Source of the DNA: Myxococcota bacterium | GTDB lineage: Bacteria > Myxococcota_A > UBA796 > CAJQPC01 | Direction of reading: 5' to 3' | Assembly: GCA_036229005.1 (NCBI GenBank) | Contig: JAZAMN010000004.1 | Location: 96,001 to 160,000, forward strand | DNA: 64,000 nt | Shown: positions 1-9,760 of the stretch, piece by piece | Layout: the number at the start of each line of letters is the position of its first letter | How positions within the stretch are numbered: position 1 is the first letter of the stretch | Notes under the pieces: generated by a model | The model's input: only the letters and a program-made list of their open reading frames with translations | What the model was told of the DNA's origin: nothing | The model's database searches: none | Position numbers and translations under genes: made by a program

Positions 1-738
1 CAGGGGCGCATCAACCCCGCGGACCTGCGCTTGGCGCTCGCCCAGGACTTCATGGTGCTGTGGACCGGGTCCAAGTTCTACGGCGGCCCGCCTTTCTCGG
101 GCCTGCTGGTGCTCCCGCCGGCGCTCGCGTCGGACCCCGGACCGCTCCCGCCGGGGATGGCCGCCTGGTTCTCCCGCGCCGACCTGCCGGCCCACTGGAG
201 CAGCGCCCGCGCCAGCCTGCCCACCGAGTCCAACCCCGGACTGCTGCTGCGCTGGATCCTGGCCCTGGCCGAGATGGAGGCCTACCACGAGGTCCCGGTG
301 GTGCGCCGCAGCCGCGTCTACCACACCTTCGCGGGGGCGGTGGTCGAGTGCTTCGGGGCCACCCCGGTGCTCCGGCTGAACCTGCAGCGGCCCCCCGGAC
401 ACCGGCTCGCGGGCGGCCTGGGGGCCTACCCCAGCGTGTTCTCCTTCGCGGTGCTGGGTCCTCAGGGGCGCCTGGACAGCCAGCAGCTCCGGGCGCTCTA
501 CGTGGACCTGGATCGGGACCTCTCCGGGCGGGACCCGCGCCTGCGCACCCGCTTCCACCTGGGACAGCCGGTCTCGCTGGGGCCGCCCGATGTGGACAAC
601 GCCTCGGTGCTGCGGGTGGCGCTGGGAGCGCGCCTGGTCACCGAGCACCACGCTGAGCCCGACGCCGGCGCGGCCTGGTTCCGCCACCGCTTCACCGAGC
701 TGCGCACGCAGATCGAGCTGCTGGTGGAGGGCGTATGA
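1..738 (+). CDS. PLP-dependent transferase-like protein, 5'-truncated by window edge
   Basis: Frame open from base 1; TGSKFYGGPPFSG resembles a fold-type-I PLP lysine motif; stop overlaps the next ATG (ATGA). Confidence 0.6.
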   Translation, partial: QGRINPADLRLALAQDFMVLWTGSKFYGGPPFSGLLVLPPALASDPGPLPPGMAAWFSRADLPAHWSSARASLPTESNPGLLLRWILALAEMEAYHEVPVVRRSRVYHTFAGAVVECFGATPVLRLNLQRPPGHRLAGGLGAYPSVFSFAVLGPQGRLDSQQLRALYVDLDRDLSGRDPRLRTRFHLGQPVSLGPPDVDNASVLRVALGARLVTEHHAEPDAGAAWFRHRFTELRTQIELLVEGV

Positions 739-1982
739 GCTGGGGTGAGCCGGTCTCGCTGGAGCGCGTGCAGCAGGGGCTGGAGCTGGCCCGCAGCCTG
801 GGGTGGTGGGGGCCTGAGCACCGCCGCCTGCTCTTCCACGACCTGCAGCGGGTGACCGCGCACATCGGGGAGTTGCGCGCCGCCTTCCCGGACGACGCGG
901 TGCACGGCGTCGCCATCAAGGCCAACCCCCTGGTGGAGCTCCTGCGCGTGATGGTGGAGGCGGGCGCCGGCCTGGAGGCCGCCTCCTGGGAGGAGGTCCA
1001 GTGCGCCGTGGCGGCGGGCTGCCCCGGGGACCGCATCATCTTCGACTCCCCCGCCAAGTCCACCGCCGAGCTGGAGCAGGCGCTGGAGCTGGGCGTGTGG
1101 CTGAACACCGACAACGAGGCCGAGCTGCAGCGGGTGGCGGCGTTGGGCCCCAGGTCGGCGCGGATCGGCCTGCGGGTGAACCCCCAGATCGGGGCGGGCC
1201 GAATCGGCATCACCTCCACCGTGGGCAAGGGCTCCAAGTTCGGGGAGCCGCTGCAGCGCGCGGGTGAGCTGGCTCAGCGCTATCCATTCCTCACTGGGCT
1301 GCACGTGCACACGGGGTCGCAGGGCTGCGGGTTGGAGTTGTTGGGCAAGGCAGCCCAGGCCACCGACCAAGCCGTCTCGGACCTGGGCCTGCAGTGGCTG
1401 GACGTGGGTGGCGGGCTCCCCGTTCGCTACACGGCGGCGGATCCGGAGCCCCCGACGGTGCAGGACTGGGCGGATGCGCTCAGCGGGCTGGACTCCTGGG
1501 GCAAGCGACCCATCCTGACGGAGCTGGGGCGCTCGCTGCAGGCGGGCTCGGGCTGGGCGGTCTCCCGCATCGAGGCGGTCAAGGAGGTCGCCGGGCGCCC
1601 GCTCTATGTGGTGCACCTGGGCGCGGACTTCCTGCTGCGGCGGGTCTACCGGCCGGACGACTGGGATCACCGGATGGTGGTGCTGGATCCCCAGGGCCGC
1701 CCCAAGTCCGGGCGCGTCCAGGCCGACGTGGGCGGGCCGCTGTGCTTCTCCGGTGACCTGCTGGCGCGGGATCGGAGCCTGGCCCCCGCCGAGCCGGGCG
1801 ACCTGCTGCTGATCCGCGACACCGGCGCCTACACGCTGTCCATGTGGTCTCGGCACTGCAGCCGCGCCCAGCCCCCCGTGTTGGGTCTGTGGTCGGACCG
1901 CGCGCAGCCGCTCTTTGCCGGAGAGAGCGTCCAGGACGTGGTGCGGGCGTGGTCACTGCAGCCGGGGACGCCCGCTCCCTGA
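735..1982 (+). CDS. Orn/DAP/Arg (group IV) PLP decarboxylase, diaminopimelate decarboxylase-like
   Basis: AIKANP (PLP Lys), FDSPAK, SKFG, HVHTGSQ, LDVGGG, GPLCFSGD, DTGAY motifs. Confidence 0.85.
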   Translation: MSWGEPVSLERVQQGLELARSLGWWGPEHRRLLFHDLQRVTAHIGELRAAFPDDAVHGVAIKANPLVELLRVMVEAGAGLEAASWEEVQCAVAAGCPGDRIIFDSPAKSTAELEQALELGVWLNTDNEAELQRVAALGPRSARIGLRVNPQIGAGRIGITSTVGKGSKFGEPLQRAGELAQRYPFLTGLHVHTGSQGCGLELLGKAAQATDQAVSDLGLQWLDVGGGLPVRYTAADPEPPTVQDWADALSGLDSWGKRPILTELGRSLQAGSGWAVSRIEAVKEVAGRPLYVVHLGADFLLRRVYRPDDWDHRMVVLDPQGRPKSGRVQADVGGPLCFSGDLLARDRSLAPAEPGDLLLIRDTGAYTLSMWSRHCSRAQPPVLGLWSDRAQPLFAGESVQDVVRAWSLQPGTPAP

Positions 1983-2909
1983 TCAGGGCTCCAGGGCGAC
2001 AAATCCCTCCCGGGTGGTCTCCAGGGCCAGGGTGCGCATCCAGCGGTGGCCCGGGTCCCGGTGGCTGCGCTCGTGCCAGATCATGCGGATGGGCAGCATC
2101 GGGAGGGGCAAGGGGGGCGGGAGGGCCACCAGCCCGGGGACCTGCGCGGCCGCCCACTGGGCCAGGGAGCCGCTCATGAGCATGACCAGGTCCGAGCGCG
2201 CGATGATGTGGGGGGCCGCCAGGAAGTGCCCCACCCGGACGGCGATGCGGCGCTCCAGCCCCAGCTCTCTGAGGTGGAGGTCGATGGGGTTCGGTCCGTG
2301 CTCGCCGGTGCTCACCACCATGTGTCGGGACCGCACCCACACCCCGAAGGGATCCTCGGCATCGACGAGGTCATGCTGGCGGGAACAGAGCAGCCCCCAG
2401 GGCTCCTGACCCACCAGCCGCGTCCGGTAGCCGGCCTGCGCGGGGAGCTGCGGGCCGCCCACCCAGAGGTCCAGAGCGCCCGTGGCCAGGTCCTGGAGGT
2501 TCTGCTCGGTGCGGAGGCCGGGGCGGTGGAAGCTGATCTGGAGTCCGGGGGCCTGCTCCTGCACCCGGGCCATCAGGTGGGGGAGCACAAAGAGCTCGCC
2601 CATGTCGACGCTGGCCACCCGAAAGTGGCGCTGGGTCTGGGCGGGGACGAACTCCTGGCCCACCAGCAGGGCCTGCTCGAGCTGCTCCAGGGCGGTGCGC
2701 AGCGGCGTCTGCAGGGCCCGGGCGCGCTCCGAGAGGTCCAGGCCGCCGCCCGCGGGGACCAGGAGCGGGTCCCCCAGGGTGTCCCGCAGCTTCTTGAGGC
2801 GCTGGCTCATGGCCGACTGGGAGACGTGCTGCTCGCGGGCGGCGGCGGTGACGCTCTTGAGGCGCAGCAGGGCCTCCAGGCTGGGGAGCAGGGCGGGGTC
2901 GACCTTCAT
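1983..2909 (-). CDS. LysR-family transcriptional regulator
   Basis: N-terminal HTH SVTAAA...VSQSAMSQRLKKLRDTLGDPLL; C-terminal WHERSHRDPGHRW. Confidence 0.9.
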   Translation of the reverse strand: MKVDPALLPSLEALLRLKSVTAAAREQHVSQSAMSQRLKKLRDTLGDPLLVPAGGGLDLSERARALQTPLRTALEQLEQALLVGQEFVPAQTQRHFRVASVDMGELFVLPHLMARVQEQAPGLQISFHRPGLRTEQNLQDLATGALDLWVGGPQLPAQAGYRTRLVGQEPWGLLCSRQHDLVDAEDPFGVWVRSRHMVVSTGEHGPNPIDLHLRELGLERRIAVRVGHFLAAPHIIARSDLVMLMSGSLAQWAAAQVPGLVALPPPLPLPMLPIRMIWHERSHRDPGHRWMRTLALETTREGFVALEP

Positions 2910-2934
2910 GGTGGGGCCTGGGGTGCGAGGGGGT

Positions 2935-2949
2935 ATCAGCAAGGCTGAT
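2935..2949. promoter_or_regulatory. Putative LysR binding box
   Basis: ATCAGC-AAG-GCTGAT dyad containing T-N11-A, between the LysR gene and a divergent operon. Confidence 0.6.
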
Positions 2950-3021
2950 GTTGAAGTGTAGATGAAGTAGTAGCGCTTTTTGTGCTGGGCGGGTTCCAAT
3001 GGGATGCGAGCTGGAGAGAGC

Positions 3022-3348
3022 GTGCCCATCTGGATCCTGACGGCCTGCCTGGGGCAACAGAAGCCCCGTGAGAGCGCGCCTTTCGAGCGTATGGCGCCGG
3101 CCTGCGAGGCGGGGGTGGTGACCCAGGTGCTGGACGCCGGGAGCTATCGCTACCTGGCCTACGAGACCCCGGCTGGAGAGGCGCGCTGGATCGCCACCCT
3201 GGCGCTGGGGGCCGAGCCCGCGCTGGGCAGCGCCCATGACTTTGTGCGCTACGGCCAGGAGCAGGGGTTCCACTCCGCTCGCCTGGACCGGAGCTTCAAC
3301 CTGCTGTTCTTCGGATTCTCCGGAGACTGTGAGACCCTGGAGGGATGA
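3022..3348 (+). CDS. Hypothetical lipoprotein
   Basis: GTG after GGAGAG; MPIWILTAC lipobox-like start. Confidence 0.55.
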   Translation: MPIWILTACLGQQKPRESAPFERMAPACEAGVVTQVLDAGSYRYLAYETPAGEARWIATLALGAEPALGSAHDFVRYGQEQGFHSARLDRSFNLLFFGFSGDCETLEG

Positions 3349-3349
3349 G

Positions 3350-3856
3350 ATGAGAGCGACCCTTGGCCTGCTGGCCCTGAGCACCCTGAGCGCCTGCGCG
3401 TACACCGAGGACGGCTGGGTCTTCCAGCCCTTCCAGGGCCCCGGATACACCCTGGAGGAGGGCCTGGTCCTGGAGACCGACGCCGACACCACCTACATCG
3501 CGGCGGCCACCTACCTGCCCGTGGCGCGCGACCAGCTCTCCCTCTTCGATGACCGCATGGCGCCCATCATCGACGAGATGGAGGCCGGCCCCGAGGGGCT
3601 GGTGGGCTACAGCCTGGGGCAGAAGATGGTGGGCAAGGAGTACCGCACCCTCACGGTCTGGGAGGACGAGGAGGCGATGGTCCAGTGGGCCATGAGCGAG
3701 CACCACCTGGCCGCCATCGGCGACGCGGGGCGGATCCGGGACCCGGACAAGACGCCGCTGATCGTGGTCTGGGAGGTCTCGCCGGATGCGCTGCCCGTGG
3801 ACTGGGCGGAGGTCATGGAGCGCACCGACAGCGACGGCGAGTCCCGGGGCTACTGA
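3350..3856 (+). CDS. Lipoprotein with ABM/DUF3291-like dimeric alpha-beta barrel domain
   Basis: LSAC lipobox; GLVGYSL...YRTLTVWEDEEAM..WA.SEHH motif. Confidence 0.65.
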   Translation: MRATLGLLALSTLSACAYTEDGWVFQPFQGPGYTLEEGLVLETDADTTYIAAATYLPVARDQLSLFDDRMAPIIDEMEAGPEGLVGYSLGQKMVGKEYRTLTVWEDEEAMVQWAMSEHHLAAIGDAGRIRDPDKTPLIVVWEVSPDALPVDWAEVMERTDSDGESRGY

Positions 3857-3865
3857 GGGGCTCGG

Positions 3866-4795
3866 CTACTCCACCCGCTCGCGCTCGGGGGTCGGGGCCA
3901 GGCCCTCCCGCGCTCGCCATGCCGCCTGGATCTGCTCGGTGGTCTGGCGGGAGCCGTCGTGGGACCAGCCGGGGGGGCCGAACACGTAGCCCAGGCGCTG
4001 GCCCAGGCTCAGGCCAGGCTGCAGGGCGTCCTGGGTGAGGGCGATGAGCTCGTGGAAGGCGATGCGCAGCGGGTTGTAGGTCGCGATGTTCTTGACCAGC
4101 CCGTAGCGCACCGGCTCGCTGTCTTGCTCGGCCACGAAGGTGCCCAGCAGGCGGTCCCAGATGATGAAGGTGCCGCCGTAGTTGGCGTCCAGGTAGCGGG
4201 GGTTGGCCCCGTGGTGGACGCGGTGGTGGCTGGGGGTGTTGAAGATGAACTCGATGGGGGCGGGCAGCCGGCGGATGGTCTCGGTGTGGATCCAGTACTG
4301 GTAGACCAGGTTGATGCCGCCCAGGAACACCAGCATGGTGGGGTGCATGCCAAAGAGCAGCACCAGGGGGGCGCGCAGCAGGAAGGAGCCGTTGAAGGGG
4401 CCGTTCCACTCCTGGCGCAGGGCGGTGCTCAGGTTGTAGTGCTGGCTGGAGTGGTGCGTGACGTGGCCCCACCACCACCAGCGCATGCGGTGGGCCATGC
4501 GGTGGAAGATGTAGTAGCGGAGGTCGTCGATCACAAAGGCCAGCGCGAACCAGGGCCAGCTCCAGCCCCAGTCCATCAGGCGGTAGGGGTAGAGCGCGAC
4601 CAGCACGCCGTAGGAGATGAACCCGAACCCGATGCCGATGGCCAGGTTGCCCGCGCCCATGGCCAGGGAGGCGGCGGTGTCCCGGGTGTCGTAGCGGGCG
4701 CGGCCAGTGCGCACGCCGACCAGGATCTCCAGGGCCATGCTCAGGATGAAGAAGGGGACGGCCAGCGCGACGACGTCGGGGAGCTCAGGCGGCAT
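3866..4795 (-). CDS. Sterol desaturase/fatty acid hydroxylase family (alkylglycerol monooxygenase-like)
   Basis: His boxes HRMAH, HVTHHSS, WIHTE, TPSHHRVHH; NYGG..IIWDRLLGTF. Confidence 0.9.
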   Translation of the reverse strand: MPPELPDVVALAVPFFILSMALEILVGVRTGRARYDTRDTAASLAMGAGNLAIGIGFGFISYGVLVALYPYRLMDWGWSWPWFALAFVIDDLRYYIFHRMAHRMRWWWWGHVTHHSSQHYNLSTALRQEWNGPFNGSFLLRAPLVLLFGMHPTMLVFLGGINLVYQYWIHTETIRRLPAPIEFIFNTPSHHRVHHGANPRYLDANYGGTFIIWDRLLGTFVAEQDSEPVRYGLVKNIATYNPLRIAFHELIALTQDALQPGLSLGQRLGYVFGPPGWSHDGSRQTTEQIQAAWRAREGLAPTPERERVE

Positions 4796-5207
4796 GGCGG
4801 CCTCCGAGCTGCTGGAGGCGGGCGTGCCAGGGGGCGAGGGTCTCCGGGGGAGCGGTGATCTGTCGGGGGGCCCAGGCGGGGTCCTGCATGCGGATCGTCA
4901 GGGTGTCGCCGGCCAGCTCCAGGCGGGCCAGGGGACCGAGCTCCCGGGCGGCGGCGTGGCGCTCCATGGACCAGGCGATGCCCAGGCTGCCGTCCTGGAA
5001 GCGCAGCAGCGCGGTGTGGCGGTCGGCGGAGATCAGGGACTCGGCCAGCGCCTTGCCGGGGAGCTGCTCGGCCAGGGTGTGGTCCAGGGTGGGATCGTCC
5101 AGGGTGACCTGCGCGCTGCCGCCGTGGAGGTGGGCCAGCAGGATGGCGAGCGGCACACCAGTGGCCACAAGTCCCAGCAACCACTCCAGGGGCATCTCCA
5201 GGGCCAC
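4785..5207 (-). CDS. Hypothetical membrane-anchored protein
   Basis: N-terminal TM helix; overlaps the desaturase start; start uncertain. Confidence 0.55.
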   Translation of the reverse strand: MALEMPLEWLLGLVATGVPLAILLAHLHGGSAQVTLDDPTLDHTLAEQLPGKALAESLISADRHTALLRFQDGSLGIAWSMERHAAARELGPLARLELAGDTLTIRMQDPAWAPRQITAPPETLAPWHARLQQLGGRHAA

Positions 5208-5272
5208 GCCGCACCTCGCCTGCGGACCCAGTGTAGCGGGGGGAAGGGGCTATCGTGTCCGAGAGGTGAACC

Positions 5273-6184
5273 ATGTTGCTGCTGCTGGCCTGCTCTTCTG
5301 CTCCTGTCCCGCCCCCTGTCGTAGCCCCAGCGCCGGTTCTGGAGGTCGAGGCCGGTGGGTTCCAGGAGCTCATGGCCTTCTCCACCTCCGTCAAGGACAA
5401 TGACGCGACGGAGCTCTTGAAGGCGGGGCTCGCGAGCGAGGACACCAGCGGCTGGAAGCTGCGGCTCAACCACGAGCCCATCGCGCCGCTGCTGGAGCTG
5501 TCGGGGGTGCAGGCGCCGGTGCTGGCCTTCGACGAGCTGGGCCCGGATTGGAGCGGGCTGGTGGACTACGCGACCTATGCGGCGATGCGCAGTCGGCTGC
5601 TGCGCTCGGAGGGGCAGGGGGAGCAGGCGGCGGAGCTGCTGGAGGGGGCGCTGCACCTGGGGCTGCTGATGCAGTACGCGGGGGGCGGCGTGCTCAACGA
5701 GATGGTGGGCATCGCGATGCAGGAGCTGGTGCTCACGGAGCTGGCCGAGGGGGACAAGTACGGGCCCCTGGGGCTGGAGGCGGAGCAGCGCATCCGGGCG
5801 ACGCTGGTGGAGCAGAACGCGCTGCCGATGTCTTCGCCGGGGGCGGTGTACGGGGAGTGCGAGAGCCTGGAGGCGGTGCTGGACAGCCCGGAGCTGGAGG
5901 CCTTCCTCTACGACCAGGAGGAGACCGTGGCGGTGCACTGGGCGCTCTGCGCGGACGTGATCACCCAGGCGGCGCTGCCCCCCGGAGCCCGGGAGTTCGC
6001 GGACCCGCTGGCGCTGATGGACGAGCAGCTCGGCCTGTTGAATCCCATCGGCCGGGAGGTGCTGGAGCTGGGCGGGCCGGACTACCGCAGCTTCGTGGAC
6101 AAGGAGGACGCGCTGCGGGCGCGTCGGCAGGAGGTGATCCAGGCGCTGGAGGCCCGGATCCTGGCGGCGACGGGGCCGCAGTAG
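5273..6184 (+). CDS. Hypothetical lipoprotein
   Basis: RBS GAGGTG, MLLLLAC start, high-GC3 codon usage. Confidence 0.7.
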   Translation: MLLLLACSSAPVPPPVVAPAPVLEVEAGGFQELMAFSTSVKDNDATELLKAGLASEDTSGWKLRLNHEPIAPLLELSGVQAPVLAFDELGPDWSGLVDYATYAAMRSRLLRSEGQGEQAAELLEGALHLGLLMQYAGGGVLNEMVGIAMQELVLTELAEGDKYGPLGLEAEQRIRATLVEQNALPMSSPGAVYGECESLEAVLDSPELEAFLYDQEETVAVHWALCADVITQAALPPGAREFADPLALMDEQLGLLNPIGREVLELGGPDYRSFVDKEDALRARRQEVIQALEARILAATGPQ

Positions 6185-6220
6185 GCGCGCTGCGGTCTGG
6201 GGGGGGCAGCTCTGGCGGAC

Positions 6221-7441
6221 TCAGCTCTGGGTGGCTGCGACCGAGGCGAGCTGGGCGGTGGCGAAGGCGGCCTGGAAGTTGAAGCCGCCGATGGGGCCGG
6301 TGAGGTCCAGCAGCTCGCCGACCACGAAGAGGCCGGGGTGGGCGTGCACCTGCATGCTGCGGCGGTCGAGCTGGTCCAGGCCCAGGCCGCCGGCGCTGAC
6401 CTCGGCCTTGGAGAAGCCCAGGGTGCCGGAGATGGGGATGCGCCAGCCCTTGACGTTCTCGACCAGGCGGTTGCGGGCCTTGCGGGAGATCTGGTTGAGC
6501 TGGGGGTTGTCGTCGGGCAGGCCGGACTGCTGGGCCAAGGTGGCCAGCACGCGCTTGGGCAGGGGGAGCAGGGTGCGCAGGCGGGGGCTGCCGGGGGCGC
6601 TGGCGCCGTCGATGAGCTGGGCGCGCAGGGTCTCCATGGGGAGCTCGGGGAGCAGGTCCAGGCGGGCCTCGTCGGCCAGGCGGCGGGCGAAGGGCTCGGA
6701 CAGGTCCATGGCCCCGGGCCCGGAGAGGCCCTTGTGGGTGAACAGGACCGGGCGGCGGCGGCGCAGCTTGCCCACCCGCAGCTCCCCGTCGATGGCGATG
6801 CCCGAGAGCGCGTGGACCCAGGGCGCGGGGGACTCCAGGGGCACCAGGGCGGGGACGGGGTCGACGACGTGCAGGCCCAGGGCGCGCAGCCACACCCAGC
6901 CGTCGCCGGTGGTGCCGGTCTTGGGGTAGGACTTGCCGCCGGTGGCCAGGATCAGGCGCCGGCAGTGGACCCGGCGGTTGCCGCAGTGGACCGTCCAGCC
7001 GGCCGCGGTCGGCTCCAGGGAGGTCACGGGCTGGGAGAGCAGGAACTGGGCGCCGGCCTGGCGGGCGTGGCGCTCCAGGGCGTTGCGCACCTGCAGGGCG
7101 GAGTCGGAGGCGGGGAAGACCTTGTCGAAGTCGGCCTCGGTCTTGGTCTTCACGCCGATGCGCTCGAAGTGGGCGCGCACCATCTGGGGGCTCAGGGCCT
7201 GCAGCGCGGGGCGGATGAAGTCGTGGCCCTGACCGAAGGCGCGGGCGGTGTCGCGCGCGTCCAGGGTGGTGGTCAGGTTGCAGCGCGTGCCCCCGCTGGA
7301 GAGCACCTTGGTGCCCGTGCGGCGGGTCTTCTCCAGGACCAGGACGCTGGCCCCGCGGCGGGCACACTCGGCGGCGGCCCACAGGCCCGCGGCGCCGGCG
7401 CCGACGATGCAGATCTCGGTCTGCGGCTCTTGTTCACTCAT
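6221..7441 (-). CDS. HI0933/BaiN-family NAD(P)/FAD-dependent oxidoreductase
   Basis: GAGAAG, KVLSSGGTRCNLT, ATGGKSYPKTGTTGDG, LFTHKGLSGP, GPIGGFNFQAAF. Confidence 0.9.
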   Translation of the reverse strand: MSEQEPQTEICIVGAGAAGLWAAAECARRGASVLVLEKTRRTGTKVLSSGGTRCNLTTTLDARDTARAFGQGHDFIRPALQALSPQMVRAHFERIGVKTKTEADFDKVFPASDSALQVRNALERHARQAGAQFLLSQPVTSLEPTAAGWTVHCGNRRVHCRRLILATGGKSYPKTGTTGDGWVWLRALGLHVVDPVPALVPLESPAPWVHALSGIAIDGELRVGKLRRRRPVLFTHKGLSGPGAMDLSEPFARRLADEARLDLLPELPMETLRAQLIDGASAPGSPRLRTLLPLPKRVLATLAQQSGLPDDNPQLNQISRKARNRLVENVKGWRIPISGTLGFSKAEVSAGGLGLDQLDRRSMQVHAHPGLFVVGELLDLTGPIGGFNFQAAFATAQLASVAATQS

Positions 7442-7493
7442 GCCGGGGGCTTATCGTGGTGCTCCCAGACAGGACGGCCCCTTGAGCGACTTC

Positions 7494-8303
7494 ATGCACA
7501 GCACCCTCCTCGGCAAGCGCGTCCACCGCATGGGCATCAGCACGCACTTTGGGCTGGGGCCCGACGGGGTGCAGGCAGCGATGGACCGCGGGCTCAACTA
7601 CTTCTGGTACGTGAAGTCCAACATGGAGGCGATGACCGCCCCTCTGAGGCAGCGGGCTCAGACGGATCGGGACAGCCTGTTCATCGCCGGTGGGCCCAGC
7701 TTCGGGTTCACCGGGGGGCAGGTCAAGCGGGGCGCCGAGCGCATGCTCAAGCAGCTCGGGACCGACCACCTGGACCTGCTGCAGATCTTCTGGGTGGGCA
7801 AGATGTCCCGCGCCAGCGACGGGGTGCTGCGCGCGATGGAGGATCTCAAGGCCGAGGGCAAGTGCCGGGGCATCGGCTGCAGCATCCACGACCGCGAGCT
7901 GGCGGGGGAGCTGGCTCGGGAGAGGAAGGTGGACGTCCTCATGGTCCGGTACAACGCCGGACACCCTGGGGCCGAAGCGGACATCTTCCCGCACCTGGGC
8001 ACCGGCGAGGACAAGGTGGGCGTCGTGACCTACACCTCGACCCGGTGGGGCACGCTGCTGCAGGCCCCGAAGGGCTGGGACGACCGCCCGGCCAAGGCCT
8101 CGGAGTGCTACCGCTTCGCGCTCACCCGCCCCGAGGTGGACGTGGTGCTCACCGGCCCGGCGTCGGTGGCCGAGCTGGACGAGAACCTGCAGGACATGGC
8201 GCAGGGGGCGCTGGACGGGCAGCGGCAGGAGTGGATGCGCGGGCTGGGACGCCAGGCGCGGCAGAGCAAGGCGCTTCAGGCGTTCGCGTTTGACGGGTTT
8301 TGA
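7494..8303 (+). CDS. Aldo/keto reductase
   Basis: LKQLGTDHLDLLQI, LKAEGKCRGIGCS, VVLTGPASVAELDENL; start may be TTG 7482. Confidence 0.8.
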   Translation: MHSTLLGKRVHRMGISTHFGLGPDGVQAAMDRGLNYFWYVKSNMEAMTAPLRQRAQTDRDSLFIAGGPSFGFTGGQVKRGAERMLKQLGTDHLDLLQIFWVGKMSRASDGVLRAMEDLKAEGKCRGIGCSIHDRELAGELARERKVDVLMVRYNAGHPGAEADIFPHLGTGEDKVGVVTYTSTRWGTLLQAPKGWDDRPAKASECYRFALTRPEVDVVLTGPASVAELDENLQDMAQGALDGQRQEWMRGLGRQARQSKALQAFAFDGF

Positions 8304-8315
8304 GGTCCTCTGGGT

Positions 8316-8582
8316 GGCTACGCCCCCTGAATGAGCACTCCCCCGTGGCTACGGCCTCCCAGTGAGCGCCTCTTTGAGGCTACGGGGACTCAGTGAGCGG
8401 GGGGCGGACCGGAACGGTGCTCGGTTCGACAGAATTGGGTCTGATTTTGCTCAGGTGTGGACCAGTACGGGGTCGGGGTGTTGCCTGAGCCCAAAGCCGC
8501 AACAATGCTCCGCCGATCGGTGGCCCAAGCGCTCACTGAGTGCCCGTAGCCTCTCAGGACCGCTCATTCAGGCGCGCTAGCC
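8316..8582. repeat. 31-bp-phased opposed repeat element, family B (GGCTACG-N7-A(G/A)TGAGC), 3 forward + 2 reverse copies
   Basis: Forward copies at 8316, 8347, 8378; reverse copies at 8531, 8562. Confidence 0.8.
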
Positions 8583-8713
8583 TCCGCCGGCGGCTGTGTC
8601 TGAGGCTCTCGCATGGCGCGGGCGCAACAGTTCCTCGCCTGCGGAGGGCAGTGTTCCAGAATCTGACCGGAGCTTCCCAGCCCAAGGCGGTGAGCCGGGA
8701 ATAGAGTGGTGCC

Positions 8714-9727
8714 ATGACCAAGCTCGCTTCCCCCGTCCTCAAGACCGTGCCTCTCCGGATGCACTGGCCCACCCTCGACCCCTTCCTGTTCTGCGCGCAC
8801 CACCGGGACGCCTACCCGGCCGGTGACGAGAAGATGGGGGTCACCGTGCCCCTGACCGGCCGCAACGTCGGCTCGGACTTCTCGGGGCTGAACGGCTTCT
8901 CGATGTACCACGGCGACCACGTGCCGGGCTTCCCGCAGCACCCCCACCGCGGCTTCGAGACCATCACCCTGGCGCGCAGCGGCTACATCGACCACAGCGA
9001 CTCGATGGGCGCCACCGCGCGCTTTGGCAACGGCGACCTGCAGTGGATGACCGCGGGCAAGGGCATCGTGCACGCCGAGATGTTCCCCCTGGTCCACCAG
9101 GACCAGGACAACCCGGCCGAGCTCTTCCAGATCTGGCTGAACCTGCCGGCGGCCTCCAAGATGGTGGAGCCCTACTTCTCCATGTTCTGGTCGGACGAGA
9201 TCCCGCGCCTCAAGGCCCCGGGCTTCGAGCTGATCCAGTACGTCGGCCCCCTGGAGGGACAAGCCCCCGCGCCGCCGCCGGACTCCTGGGCCTCCAACCC
9301 GCAGGCGGACATCGTCGTGTGGCGCGGGCTGATGGAGCCGGGCGCCAAGTGGACCCTGCCGGCGGGACCGGGCGGCGTGCACCGCGTGCTGTACTTCTAC
9401 CAGGGCGACACCCTGCGCGTGGCCGACGGTGTGCTCCCCGTGCAGCACGGCGCGCAGCTCGACCCCACCCAGTCCGTGGAGTTGGAGGCCGGCGCCGAGC
9501 CCGTGGAGTGGGTGCTCCTGCAGGGGCGGCCCATCGGTGAGCCGGTGGTGCAGCACGGCCCCTTCGTCATGAACAGCCGGCTGGAGATCCAGCAGACCAT
9601 GATGGAGTACCGGCAGACCCGCTTTGGCGGCTGGCCCTGGGACCGCGACGACCCGGTGCACCCGCGGGAGCAGGGGCGCTTCGCCATCCACGCCGACGGC
9701 CGCCGCGAGACGCCCAAGGTGGGCTGA
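8714..9727 (+). CDS. Pirin-family protein
   Basis: DPFLFCAHH, GFPQHPHRGFETIT, HSDSMG, QWMTAGKGIVHAEM, QIWLNLP, GPFVMN. Confidence 0.95.
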   Translation: MTKLASPVLKTVPLRMHWPTLDPFLFCAHHRDAYPAGDEKMGVTVPLTGRNVGSDFSGLNGFSMYHGDHVPGFPQHPHRGFETITLARSGYIDHSDSMGATARFGNGDLQWMTAGKGIVHAEMFPLVHQDQDNPAELFQIWLNLPAASKMVEPYFSMFWSDEIPRLKAPGFELIQYVGPLEGQAPAPPPDSWASNPQADIVVWRGLMEPGAKWTLPAGPGGVHRVLYFYQGDTLRVADGVLPVQHGAQLDPTQSVELEAGAEPVEWVLLQGRPIGEPVVQHGPFVMNSRLEIQQTMMEYRQTRFGGWPWDRDDPVHPREQGRFAIHADGRRETPKVG

Positions 9728-9760
9728 GGCCGCGCGCCACAGAGCAGGTAGGATGCGGCC

